From Saprolegnia diclina VS20 (lineage: Eukaryota): a stretch of 64,000 nt of DNA. The stretch covers positions 576,970 through 640,969 of the forward strand of contig NW_008246075.1 in the NCBI RefSeq assembly GCF_000281045.1. Reading direction: 5' to 3'. The notes under the pieces were generated by a model. It searched no databases. It saw only the letters and a list, made by a program, of their open reading frames with translations, and was not told the origin of the DNA. Shown here in pieces: positions 48,352-61,072 of this stretch. How positions within the stretch are numbered: the first letter of the stretch is position 1; the number at the start of each line of letters is the position of its first letter. Made by a program: the position numbers and the translations under genes.

Positions 48352-49310
48352 TCATTTGCGAAGACGCGCAAACTGCGCAAAGAGCTCTTTGGCAACGGCG
48401 TCGTTGAGCATGTCGTCACGCGTTGGCGCGCGCTCGTGTGTCGCTTCGAACACCGCCTTCCACGCCTCCAGCTCGGCTTGGACACGGCGGAGCTTGTCGG
48501 TGCGGGTTTCTGGCGGTGGTAGCGCGGCTGGCGCCTCGTCCAACAGCGGCTGGCATAGAACGCTCATGACAGCCCGCTTTGTGATCTCGCCAGCCTCCGA
48601 TTTTGCCACCTACAGCACAAGACGATGAGGCACACGTAAACACTGCAGCCCGCAGTACCTTTAAAAGGGTTTGCTCGGCGCCAGCGTAGCCCAAGGCAAC
48701 TACAAGACCACCGTTCGGGTTGAGTTGGCTCGCGAGCGCGTCCACGTGGTCCATGCTCTCGACAGCAACGCCAATATGGATGCAGTCATATGTGACGCCT
48801 GGTGTCAAAATCGACTTGCCCGAGCTCGCTTTCCACGTAATTGTCGAAGGCAGCTTGGCCTTGGCGACGTTGCGCTGCGAAAGCTCGAGGAGCGACGGCA
48901 CAATGTCGACGCCCGTGACATGCCCGCTGTCACCGACGAGGAGCGCCATCGCCGCTGTGAGGTAGCCCGACCCACATCCGACGTCAATCGCGGCATGCCC
49001 TGGCTGGAGATGCGGCTCGAGCAGCTCAATGACCTACGCAATTCAATATGAGTGGCGCTAAAGCGTAGCGAGCCTGTGTAGGCGGTACCTGCGCATGCTG
49101 CTGCGGCGTCGAAATCGTGGCGATCGTCCCGATCTTGAGTGGTCGGTTCGCGTACGTGTCTTCAGGTGGTGACGGGTGCAGCGTAAAGTCGCCGCGGTCC
49201 AGCTTCCGGAAGACGTCTTGCACGCGCGGCGTCGTGAGCACACCGGCCTTGACTAGGCTCTCGACCAAGCTCGCTTGCGACGTGCCACCGATCGAGTGGC
49301 CCATGTTCAT
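48352..49310 (-). CDS. Protein-L-isoaspartate O-methyltransferase (PIMT/PCMT family) with C-terminal extension
   Basis: ATISTPQQHAQ, SAM motif IDVGCGSGYLTAAMA, YDCIHIG and QLNPNGGLV. Two introns. Confidence 0.88.
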
Positions 49311-50785
49311 GCTGTCTCAAGCCGCTGAGCCCACCGTCGACGCAAGCAGCAGCGTGGTCATACCTGATCAAGAGATCGTCCGACATGCCGTTGAGCACAG
49401 AGAACGACCGACGAACCGTGCCTCGCAGCGCATAGATGTGGCGAGTCCCGAGCATGCTGCGGATGACGATGGTCCAAGACGAGCGATTCGCAATGGCTCG
49501 GCACGGAAATAGTGTACGATATGCAAATGCGACTGAAATAGTGTACTTAAGGGAGCTTCGATGATTGGTCATTGCAAATCTCTAGAAGCATATTGATTGG
49601 ATATTGCGCTTACACTAGCAAATACTCCACCAATCATACGGCGTGTTTTCGGTCAGATCGGCGGCCCTCCAGCTGGTCAAGGCCGTCAAGCAGTCTTGCA
49701 GCGTCGCGCTATCCAATCGACCTCCCGACCGAATTATGGAGATGGCATATGTCGCCTTATCTTGGAGTAGCCGACACTCTAGGTCTAGCGCTGCACATAC
49801 ATGTATATGTAGGTGGAGGTCGTCGTTCATCGGCAGCGCCAGCACTCCTTGCCCCTCCCGGCGCCCGCGCTGCTCCTGCCTGCACTTCCAGTCCGCACTC
49901 TTTCAGCCACGCTCCTCTGAGCGGCCTCCGCTTCTCTCGTTCATGCGCCAAGCGTTCTCTTCCGTGCGCTGCGTTTTCACTCCCGCTCAAAGCGGCCTGG
50001 TGCGCGCTGTCAGCCAATCCGTAGCGATAGCGATAGCTATAGATTCAACTCCTATTGCAGCACATCGTTAAGCACACTGCTGAAATATGAGAAAGGTCGG
50101 TTATAACGCGTTTAGCTATAGCTATGGCGGCGGCGCGTTGGAGATGCTCTAACAGTACTATATACTAGTATCGGGTTGCTCTGAGCTCCTAAAATCGACT
50201 AATATATAACATTTTGCAACAGACTTGCCATCAATGGACGTCCGCCTTGCAGCCACGCGTAGCGAGTAGAGGCTGTGACGCTGTGACGTGTTCATGCGAC
50301 CGAGTGCAAGGACATGCGCAGCCCATTGCATTCGAAAGACCTAAATGCACGCACATCAAGGGTCGCTGCAGAGCCCTTTGCCCACCTCGCAAAGGATACG
50401 TTCATTCTGGCGCCTCCACCAACTTGAAAGCGAGCTTGTCGCGTCGAGGCAACCCACTCATGATCACGGCCTTCGCCGGACTTCAATGTCTACTTGCGTG
50501 TGATTAGACGCTTTTGGTCGCTTGGGCCAAGATTTGGATCACCGACGCTTGCATCTGGCGCTCATCATTGCGTTGATGTACGTCATTTGTATAGGTTTTA
50601 GTATACCGGGCATGATGAGTGCGTAGAGCGTCGGGGCCTCATCACACACGCTCTTGTACGATACCATGGGTTGCGTGTGATTAGTCCCCTGTCTAGCATC
50701 CGGATACTGTTGATGAGCGACCGGACGCGAGCGACGTAATCACGGCTCGTAGAAAGCGGCCGGCCAGTCCATTTCCGCATTCGCC

Positions 50786-52213
50786 ATGCACCAGCGCAAG
50801 CAGACGACCAGCGCGGCCGCTGCGCCGGCCGCGAGCCCCGGGCCCGCGAAGAAGGCCTTTATCTACGAGTTTGGCGGCCCACTTGGCGCCGTCTTCATCA
50901 TGCTCATCCTGCCCGCGGTCGTCGTCTTCCTCGTCCGCGGCTGCAACGCGTCGTACTGCGTCGACAACCGCTTTGACTTTGCAGAGCTCTACACGCAGGT
51001 GACGGCGCCGATCGTCGCGTCCGACTTTGTCAACACCAATGCGATCGCGGTCGTCTTTGGCTGGTTTGGCTTCCAAGTGCTCCTCGAGCGGCTCGTGCCC
51101 GGCTCGTACCACGACGGCGTGCTCCTCCCGACCAAGAACCGCCTCACGTACAAGGTCAACGGGCACGTGTGCTTTTGGCTCTCGATGGCGGCAGCGGCGG
51201 CGCTCCATATCTACGTCACGCCGCTCTCGTATGTGTACGACCACTACCTCCAGCTCGCGGTGGGCTCGATGCTCCTCTCGGGCGCCATTAGCGTCTTTGT
51301 CTACCTCTTCTCATTCCGCGCACACGACGTGCTCTGCGCCGAGCAAGGGTCGTCGCCGTCGCACGTCTTCAACTTTTTCATCGGTCGCGAGCTCAACCCG
51401 CGCAGCGCGCTCACGCAGACGTTCGACCTCAAGTACTTCTGCGAGCTCCGCCCGGGCTTGATTGGCTGGGCCGTCCTCAACCTCGGCTTGCTCGCCAAGC
51501 AGCTGGAGCTGCATGGCGAAGTCACGCTCTCGATGGCCAGCGTCGTCTTCTTTCAAAACCTCTACGTCTGGGACGCGCTCTTCCACGAAAAGGTATGCAT
51601 ATTTCTATCAATATTGTATCAACAATTCGCTCTCCCAGTGCGTCCTGACGACAATGGACATTACGACCGACGGGTTTGGCTACATGCTCGCGTTTGGCGA
51701 CATGATGTGGGTGCCCTACACGTACACGCTGCAGGCGCGCTACCTCGTGGACCGTGACCCGCACTTGAGCGCCGTGAGCCTCGCCGTCATCATTGCGCTC
51801 AACATCCTCGGGTACGCCATCTTCCGCGGCGCCAACGCGCAAAAGGACGCGTTCCGCACCAACCCGAACGGGCCAAGCGTCGCGCACCTCAAGTTCCTTT
51901 CGACCAAGCGCGGCACGAAGCTGCTCATCTCGGGCTGGTGGGGCATGGCCCGCAAGATCAACTACACGGGCGACTGGTGCATGGGCCTGGTACACTCGAA
52001 GTGTCTCCATCTCAAACGCTCATGCGAACGTAGGCGTGGTGCGCCTACTGCGGCCATTCGACGCTGCTCGTGTATTTTTACGCGATTTACTTTGCCATTT
52101 TGCTCGTCCACCGCGCCTTCCGCGACGACGCCGCGTGCCATGAAAAGTACGGCGACGACTGGACCAAGTACAAGGCGCACGTCAAGGCCATCTTCATCCC
52201 CGGCGTGCTCTAA
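50786..52213 (+). CDS. ERG24: Delta(14)-sterol reductase (ERG24/TM7SF2/LBR family)
   Basis: YEFGGP, GRELNPR, FDLKYFCELRPGLIGW, TTMDITTDGFGYMLAFGD, LLISGWWG and KYGDDW. Two introns; stop TAA 52211-52213. Confidence 0.92.
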
Positions 52214-55200
52214 GAGTCCTTCTCAAAGCGCAAATAGAGCTCTTTGGCGACGAGCCACCCGAGGATTTCGTGGTGGGTCTCACTCGGGAGGTATGGGCCG
52301 AGGACCCGGATCGCATCCAGATACAGTGCCTTGGACCATGGGCACTTGTGGATGCTGCGGTAGAGGACCTTGGTCGCGCGGTCGACGCAGCCGACGTGCA
52401 CTTCGAAGCGGAGGTAGAGCCGCCACAGCACAGCACACCTATCGATGTTGCTACAACTTGGAGTCAAGAAGGAAGGAGAGGAATACCCTTCGCTGCGCCA
52501 ACTGGCGTGGGATAGGCTATCTTCGAAGACTTTGCGAATGCGCTGGATGGCGACGGCGCCCCATGCGTGACGCGCGCAGCACGCCGCGTCGCTCGGCCCC
52601 GCACGGTAGAGCTCTGCGAGCAGCGCGACGAGCCAGAGCTATGAGTCTCAACATGAAATATTGTCGACCAGCGAGACGAACGATACCTGGGGCGAGGGTG
52701 CGTCGAACTGCTTCTGCGCGGCCTGCACCGCGCCTTGGACGAACCGCCGCACTTGCTGAGCCATCGTATTCTTCTTCTCGGCGTCCACAAACAGCGCGGC
52801 AAACACCGACTGCGATTGCACCTAATATATCGCCATCGCTCTCACTCCGTGTCAGAGCATGCGTACGGTCGAGACGGCCAAGTGGGTGCCCACACGCCAC
52901 TGCTTGGGCGAGGCGCCGGTCCGGAGGAGCAGGTCCAAGCCCGCAGCGAGGAACCACTGGCGTGCGACATCAACGACGGTCGTCGAGTTATGCCATCGAC
53001 CCAAGCGCGAGGCAGTGTCGAGAGCGTCGACCGAAGTGCGGAGACGCGTCAAGAGGAGTTCGCACGCGCACCCACCGAGCACAAACTCCACCAGCAGCGC
53101 ATGGTAGAGACACACGGCGGTGATGGGCACACTGACAGTCGCCTGGGTCTCAGTACCCAGCGCATCCAAGGCGGCTTGGACGTCTCGCTGCGTGCTTTGA
53201 TGCAAACGGACCTGCATCGTCGGCGTCAGGAGCGCGCTTGGAGGTGCCTTTTGCTTCTTGAGCCGCTTGCAGGCTCTGGCGAGCGACTCGACTCTATGAT
53301 AACATGTTCAACACCAGCACCAAGTCATTAATCGACGTACGTAGGGTCGTAGATGGCGTAGAGAAGGTAGAGACACCGCCACAAACAGCCGACATTGTCG
53401 TCCGCTTGGTTGAGCTCGAAGCGAACGCGCCAGTACGCAAAGCGGTGCGTCTCGAGCGAGTTGGCGGCGGACGCCGATGCCTTTTCGCAGATGCGGCTCG
53501 TCATCTTGTCATTGCCAAACCGCCACTCCATGCACGCATAGCGCTCGTAAAGCAAAAGCGACGACGGCTCGGCCGAGAGCACATGTTTGGCAAAGGTGCG
53601 CGCCGGCTCGTGCTCGCCGAGGTGCATGCCGACATGCGTCTCGAGGTCGAGCGCCAGACCGAGGCACTCGACCCGCTGCAGCTGCGCGTAGCCCTGCAGA
53701 AGAAGGCGCCGCGCCCACGCGAGCTTGGACGGATCCAAGAGCGTATCGCGAGCCACGACGATGCTGTCGTGGAGGAGCGAGTCCAGCATCCTGCGCGGTT
53801 CGATCGCCGGTGCGTCGCTTTGGAAAAAGGCGTCGCAGAGATTTTCGAGTCCGTCTGTATCCAGCGCATCCGCGTACATGTACTCGGGGGTGCTGTATCT
53901 CGGTCGGATGCCGACCTCGGCGACGAGCGCAAGGAAGAGGTTCATGTGCACACGCGGCTGGACTGTAAAGAGGAAGGGCTGGATCTCGTCGAAGAGCAAG
54001 ACACGGTCGGGCTGCTCGTCGATCCTAGAGCAGTCCGTGAGCATGGTCATAGAATGCGCTTGGCGAAAAGGGACGTACAGTGGGGCGTCGGCGGGGTCGT
54101 TTGGACGCAGCGGGCGCCACTGCGTCGCCATGAGCAAGTCCTCTTCGAGCAGCAAAGATGCATGCTCGTTGTCGTCCTGGAGCCGATCAAACGCGAGGCG
54201 TTCGTCCACGTCGTTCGCGGATGTTTTTGCCTTCTTCTTCGTGATGGCTACATCGTCGACCTCGGGCTGGTTGGACCGAAGCTCGCGCAAGATGCGCTCG
54301 TACTCGGCGGCGTCTTCGGCGTCCTTGATATGCACGCGGTGGCCGTGAATGTTGCTCCACACATAGCCTTCGTCTTGGCCGTTGTCCCCTTCGTGCTTGG
54401 AAAAATGCTCGTCCGAAAAGGCGTCGACTCCGCGGGCCTCGGAGCTCTCGGGCTGGTGGTGTGGCAGCCCGCGCAAGTGCAGAGGCGGCTGCGACGCTTC
54501 CAGCGACCGCTCACTGCGCTCTTGGACGCTTGCGATAAACGTCTCCATGGACGGCAGCGTCGTCGACAACGGTGGCACCTAAGAACGCCGTTATATAACA
54601 ACACTATGCGACATGCGTACGTCGCCGGCATCCACCCCGCGCTCGCCCCACGACGAGCCATGCTGCTCCCAGTACGCTCCAAACTCGGTCATTGCATGTG
54701 GCGACCGGCAGCTCACGTTGAGCTCGAGGAGTGCTTGGAGGAGCCCAATGCTGCGCTCGACGTACCCGCTCTGCGCCTCCATGCGGCAGAGAAGCGTCGC
54801 AAAATGCACAAGCGTCGCGTCGCGCACGTCCGAGGATGCCGACCGCCTACAACGGCAGTTGCCATGATACTACAGACCATCGGGAAACAATGGGTAGTAC
54901 ATTTGAACCGACTGGATCATGCGGGCAAAGAGGTCGCGCAGCGCCGCGACAGAGAAGGCGCCAAACTGCATCTGCTTGCGCTGGAGCAAGTGCAGCCACG
55001 CGTCAGCGTGCTCGGGGTGCGCCAAGACGCTGCGCTCGAGCTCGGCGAGGATGTCGGCTTCGTCCGAGCGCTGCATGCAGAGAAACCACTGCAACTGCAC
55101 AAGCGCGTCCGACGTCGGGTTGGCTAGCATCGCACGCGACCAGATCGCGACTTGCTTTTCGAGAAGAAGCGCGCGCTGCTTGGCCTTGGATTTCATGTCG

Positions 55201-55937
55201 CCGAGCGCGTCGGCTTGCACGTGCATGTAGGCGAGCCAGAGGTCGACGTTGGACGGGTCCTGGCGCAGCGCCGCGTTGAAGTGCTTGTTCTGCGCCACGA
55301 CACGCGCCTCGCGCCGCTGGCTCTCGAGCTCTGCGTCCTCGTCGCGGATCGGCGTATACGGCTCGAGCGCAAGGAAGGGCGCGCCGTCGTCGTCGGTTGC
55401 TCGTTCGCCACGCTCGGTCGGGAGGTGCAGCGACAGCGCCGAGACCTTGTGCTTGGCGTCAAAGTAGCGCAATGACGCTTCGTCGTCCGCCTCGCGCTTG
55501 CGCTTGAAGAGATGGTACCTAGGCAAGAGAGAACGCTCGATGGACACGAAAACAAGCACATCGTACCGGGGCACGTCGGTCGCGTTGAGCGTGCCGTAAA
55601 AGAGATTGTCCTTGTCCTTGCCGTGATCGATTTCGTAGAGCTTGTCGACCTTGGAAGGAGGAGCGATCGGCCGCTTATGCGCAAGCGCCCGCGGCTCCTC
55701 GGCGCGACGCGCAGGCTTGGGCAGCGCGATGGGACCAGTGGGCTGGCGCGACGGGGCCACGGGCGTGAACCCTTCGTTCGTATCATCGTCGTCTTCGCCG
55801 GCCTTGTAGCTCTTGCCCACATTAAGCCATGCTACGTATTCGACCCACATGAGGCCATGCCCGGCTCTTTGATGCCCACCTATCGCCTGAGCCTCTGTCG
55901 GCGCTGCCGGCTGCGTTGCGCGGCCTGCCGAAAACAT
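52210..55937 (-). CDS. NRDE2: NRDE-2 (nuclear RNAi/splicing HAT-repeat protein), multi-exon
   Basis: DKDNLFYGTL...DVPRY, DPSNVDLWLAY, EQPDRVLLFDEI and C-terminal VLYRSIHKCPWSKALYLD...KELYLR. Confidence 0.85.
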
Positions 55938-56595
55938 CTCTCGTGGTCGTCCGGAAATTAACCGGACGCGATGCCAAGATCCAAGTTATGCCCCGGGGTA
56001 CGCGAACGGTCGCTCATCTTGGATCCAACATTCATTGTGTGGCAAGTTGCACGGTCGAGGCTACGATCGTAGCAAAGGAGCGCAGTGGCCTCGTCATCGC
56101 AGGCTCTTGTTGGCAGGAGACAGAGTACTTCAATTCTCTGAAATGAAACGACGACCCAGCGCGATCGGACCAATCGCGCGGATCGAAACCGAAGATGCGA
56201 AACACTGCCAAAACATTGTTGAAATTGAGTTTGAGAGTCTGGATGGTGTCGGCGCGCTATTAGCCAGGGTGAACGAGCGATCGACCAATATATATACTGC
56301 AGTAGTATGAGCGTGGATGGCAATATATATACTCTCGACCAAGGCGCAATACCGATGATGGTATAAATGTTCTCGTCACTATTGCATATGTTGCGCATAA
56401 CGACCGGGCGAGATGCAGCTCTGTCCATCGTCCGTCCGGTCGGGTCGCCCCTTGAATGGTGTGCCAGTCGTGAGCGAGTTCGAACCCAACGCGCGTCTTG
56501 TTCTTTTGCGGTTGGAAAAAGCGCGTTGGGCCACCGCCTCCCAACGGCAACGACCGACCTCTGCAACCCTTGATCTGCACAATCAAATTGACTAC

Positions 56596-57099
56596 ATGAA
56601 GATTTCCGCTCTCCTCACTTGCCTCGCGCTGGCGTTTGCGCCGACCGCGTCTGCTGCTTGCTGCTCGGTTTGCACGAGCCGAGTGGCTGCCAGCATTTGC
56701 TCCAACAGCGACAAGACGAACCGGGTCGCTCGGTTCCCAAGCAAGTGGACCGTGCCGTACCCGTCCAAGCTCGTGTCGAGTACGCTGTCGCACGTGGCCA
56801 ACTTTTCGACGACGGGCGATTTTCGCGTCATCAACAGGGGCACAAACAAGGTGACGTGGACGGCCAACTCGGGCTTCAGTGACCCGGACGAAGCCGAGTT
56901 TGCGGGCCAAGTGCTGCAGATCTTGAACACGGGGCAGGTCGTCGTCTACGACGCGAGCGAAGGCATTGCGTCGTGGATCCCCGATATGTTTCCCGTCGAC
57001 CAAAAGGACTTTTGCGCCATCATGCAGGACGACGGCAATTTTGTCATCTACGACCCGAGCTGCCGGCCTGTGTGGGCCTCCAACACGTATGGCAAGTAG
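56596..57099 (+). CDS. Secreted bulb-type (GNA-like) mannose-binding lectin
   Basis: Signal peptide MKISALLTCLALAFAPTASA; QDDGNFVIY matches QxDxNxVxY; ends with VWASNT. Confidence 0.85.
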   Translation: MKISALLTCLALAFAPTASAACCSVCTSRVAASICSNSDKTNRVARFPSKWTVPYPSKLVSSTLSHVANFSTTGDFRVINRGTNKVTWTANSGFSDPDEAEFAGQVLQILNTGQVVVYDASEGIASWIPDMFPVDQKDFCAIMQDDGNFVIYDPSCRPVWASNTYGK

Positions 57100-57168
57100 G
57101 CATTCAAACATAACCTTAACGCACGCTAGCTCCATTCCCTACGTTACCGAACGCATAGGAAAAATTGG

Positions 57169-57571
57169 TCAAGCACCAGGGTTGCCGAATCGTTGTGGTT
57201 GTTGCTGCTGCGGTTGTTGCTGCTGCGGTTGTTGCGGCTGTTGTTGCTGCTGTTGCTGAAGCAGTTGGTGTTGGTAGTGGAGTGCTGTTTGGTGCTGACC
57301 AGGTTGAGATACTGGCTGCGAGTGCGGATGGTGTCCGCGCTGGTGCTGCGCGTACTGCGCCTGGCGCTGCTGCAGTTGTTGCTGGGGGTACGGAGCATGC
57401 TGTGCGTACTGGTGCTGCGGTGGGCCTTGCTTGGGCGCTGGGTGCTTTGGAGATTGTTTTCTCGATGCCGGCTGCTTGTGCGCTGGGTGCTTTGACGGGG
57501 CCGGCTTTTGCAAAGCTTGCTGCTGATTCGGATGCTGCTGATGGTACTGTTGTTGTTGGAGCGAATGGTGT

Positions 57572-57603
<32 letters not shown>

Positions 57604-58976
57604 TTTGTGCAGCTGTTGTTGCTGTTGGCGCTGTTCTTGTTCTTGGTGTTGGAGGTTCTGCGGCGACCCCGTCGTGAGCCGCGCTTTCTCATACAAGCGA
57701 TAGCGTAGGCACTCGCGCTGGAAGCGCTCGAGGTCCTGCATAGCAAGTTGCTGGCACTTGGCCAAAACGGCGGGCGATGCACCCTGGAAGAGCTGCTGCA
57801 GAACGTGGATATCGGTCACTGTGCGCTCGACGTAGAGGTCCTTGAAATAGTCAAACGCGCCGGACGCAGGCACGGGCCGCGGCGGCACCTGAGGCGGCAG
57901 CGACAACAGCTGCTTCACAGGCATCGTGCTCTTCTGCGCGGCAAATGTCTCGAGCTTGCGACGCTTGAGGAACTGCTCTGCGACCACATGCAGGGGCCCA
58001 TAGCTGCCCTTGGCCTCCTCTGTCTCAGCCCGGGGTCGCTTCTCGTACCCGTTGGGGTGGTACGTCGGGTACAAGCGCAGCGGCTCGGCGTCCGGCGTCG
58101 GTTTGGCGGGCTTGGGCGACGGCGTCACACGGGGCTTGGCGCCCACGGTCTCGAAGAGGCCCTTGGTTTGCATCGTCGGCTGGATCTTCTCGGTCTTGTC
58201 GTTGAGCTTGAAAGCTACAGAGTCGTCCATGGATGAAAACCTGTCGAGTCAAAGAGGCGGGACCTGCGCGCTTGTTCTCCAAGATCTCGGCCGTTGCGCC
58301 GAGGTCCTCGACGTCCGAGTCGGGCGCGAGCGCATCGTCGTCGCTGTCAGATGCGGCGCCGGAGAGGTCCATTCCATGCGCCGGCGCGTCTTCGTACGCA
58401 AGAAACTTCCAGAGCTCTTGGCAAGCGCTAATGCAAGGACGTGAGACCTTATGATGGGGTCGGACGGTACCGAGGCCGCCACTGCAACTTGTGCTTGGAC
58501 GCCATCTTGGCCGCGACATCGTCCCAGTTGATGGCAACTACACCGCCAGTATGAGCTATGACACGTCGAAGGTCGAAGGAGGCGCCTGACCTGGCGGCTT
58601 GGCGTCGGCCATGCTGCCGCTCAGCTTGGCATTCATTTGGTCGAGGATCTCACTGCACATGAGGTTGGCGTCCGTGACCGTGTACCGCCCGAGGATCTTC
58701 TCGCGGCCAAAGTTGGACGACGACTTGCGCAGAAGCGGGTGCGTCGGCGACACGCGCGGCGCGGCCTCGGCCGTTGGCAGCGGAACCTCGGCCGTCGGGA
58801 CATCGTCGTTGGCACCTACGACGCTGCATGAGAAAGGCCACGTCGCGTGCGAGCCTACCCGCAGTGTCGAGAGGGCTTAGCGACGCGATATGCGCCTCCT
58901 TGTTGCTCTCGGGCGCAGCGCTTCGGCGTGTCGTCATCGGCACCGGCGCCGATGGCACGCTTGGGCTTGTGGGCAT
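57169..58976 (-). CDS. Multi-exon hypothetical protein with Gln/His-rich C-terminus
   Basis: Long last exon with poly-Q tracts. Upstream coding-like ORFs lead back to MPTSPSVPS (58976) across short introns. Confidence 0.6.
57190..57655 (-). repeat. CAG/CAA poly-glutamine low-complexity coding repeat
   Basis: Imperfect (TGC/TGT)n on the + strand. Confidence 0.85.
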
Positions 58977-59116
58977 GGTATTAATGGCGGATGTTTAAAA
59001 CAGTCGCAATTTGTTTTTTTCGGGGTCCGCTTATTGGTCAAAATGCACATCGCGCGTGCTCGACGACAAAGACAAAGTTGTCGATCGCTCAAACGACAGG
59101 TTGTAGTACTGTGTCG

Positions 59117-59149
59117 GATTATACCGAGATTATACCGAGATTATACTGA
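59117..59149. repeat. 11-bp tandem repeat x3
   Basis: GATTATACCGA GATTATACCGA GATTATACTGA between two divergent genes. Confidence 0.8.
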
Positions 59150-59276
59150 GAGCAGCCCTTATGACCGAGCGAGGAGCCAAACATCCTGCGCCGTTGTCGT
59201 GGCAAAGAGTAGGATCGCGTTTGAGCTCAACTCTTGGCGATTTGCTGCAACCAAGTGCACAACGAAAAAAAGCAGT

Positions 59277-60285
59277 ATGGGCGCTCGTGGATCGACGACG
59301 CACTGCTGCTGGTCGGCAGGCGCCGTTGCGCTAGCGAGCCCACTTGTCGACTGCAAGGACACCTTAGACGAGCAGCCCGTCACTCCGGCATTCGAGCTGC
59401 CTGTCATTGTCGCGTCCGAGCTCACGGTGCTCGGTACGATTGGCAATAGAGGTCGTGGGCGCGTCGCACGCGCCGACTTTCGCGGCCGCGCCGTCGCCGT
59501 GCGCTTCCTGAACGAAAAGCTGACGGACTCGTTTTGTCGCTACGCACTCCGGGTGCACCGGTACACTTTATCTGTCTAGGACATGACTGTGAGAGCTCAT
59601 ACCTTTGCACGCTTCTTGTAGACTCGAGTCGAGCAACATTGTCGCGCTCGTCGGTGTTATGGACCCACGCTCGTACACGCCATCGCTCGTGACAGAGTTT
59701 ATGGACGGCGGCACAGTCGAGCAGCTTGTCGAGCGAAAGCACCGTGCGGACGAGGAGCGTAAAGCGCTGGACCCGTCACTCCTGGACGTTGCCATCGCTG
59801 TCGCCGACGGGCTCACGGCGCTCCATGGCATCAACTTGGTCTACGAGCACTTCCAACCACGAAACGTGCTCCTCAACAGCAAGGGCGCCATCAAGCTATC
59901 GGACGTGACGTCGGCGTTGGATTTCACGTGCGAAATGACCATGTGCACCAACAGAAGCGAGTCGTACTACTGGGCGCCCGAGATCTTGATGCACGAGATC
60001 GACGTACCGACCATTGCTGCCAACATCTACTCGCTGGGCATTCTCCTGGTTGAGCTCTCGACACTGGAGACACCGTACATCGAAGCGTACCACAAAGGGC
60101 TTTCGCACATCAAAATTCTACTGGCCATCGAAGAGTGCCATTTAACGCCAGCCCTGCGGGACGACTGCCCCGATTGGTACCGTGAGCTCGTGGCTTTATG
60201 CTTGTTATCCGACCCAACGCAGCGGCCGACAGCTCGAGACGTCGCTCGTGCGCTTCGAGAGGGTTCCGCTAAGCCATGCGCGTAA
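59277..60285 (+). CDS. TKL-like protein kinase fold, probable pseudokinase
   Basis: TEFMDGG, NVLLN, WAPEIL, NIYSLGILLVEL and DPTQRP. One intron 59561-59621. Catalytic motifs are substituted. Confidence 0.82.
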
Positions 60286-60467
60286 CCAGTTGTCAGATCC
60301 ACCACTGTTTTCATAAGTTGAGAAGGTTTTCCACAGTCTATGACTGTTTCATTCGTCGAACAGCGTTGTCATGATATCGTGTGGTGAACGAGTCGTGGTT
60401 GAATCCGTAAAATACTTGATGTTTTAGTTTTAGTTTCACATGACAGTGTAGAGATAAAAAAGAGTTT

Positions 60468-61072
60468 GGCTCAGATGGTGATGCATGTTATACTTCTACA
60501 TAATTGTCGTTCAGAACAGGTCTGTAAATAACAATCCTCATCGCCAAATGCAAATTACGAAATAGGATAAGAGCTTCATAAACACAGGTGTATGTCTCAA
60601 CATGACTCGCAAAGGGTAATATGCATTCAGAGTGGTGCATAGGTTGTAATCATTCGCTCTTGGTTCCATAGTAAAATGCAGTAATTATGTATATAGAAAG
60701 CCTCATGATGATAACACAGAAATTATGTCTCTTCAGCTGAGTTCAGTGAGTTGTTAGTTTTACTCCTTAGCTTTCCATGCAAATATAAATATATTGAAAA
60801 GAGTAGGCTCAGATGGTGATGCATGTTATACTTCCACATGATTGTCGTTCAGAACAGGTCTGTAAATAACAATCCTCATCGCCGAAAAATAAAAGTCAGA
60901 TATCTAACGGATCTTCTACAGTGCCACATGGGGCTTCTAGAAGGGGAATCCATAGAAGTATCATCAATCTTTTTCACACACAGGAAACAAATAAAATAAT
61001 GAGCTTCATAAACACAGGTGTATGTCTCAACATGACTCGCAAAGGGTAATATGCATTCAGAGTGGTGCATAG
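60468..61072. repeat. Two-block dispersed direct duplication in AT-rich DNA
   Basis: 60468-60545 matches 60806-60883 (78 nt, 2 mismatches); 60571-60642 is identical to 61001-61072 (72 nt). Confidence 0.92.

Noticed and set aside
49572..50071. Possible small gene between PIMT and ERG24
   Set aside because: No motif or convincing start and splice structure.
60468..61072. CRISPR-like repeat-spacer array
   Set aside because: Only two copies of 72-78 nt blocks, eukaryotic context and no cas genes.
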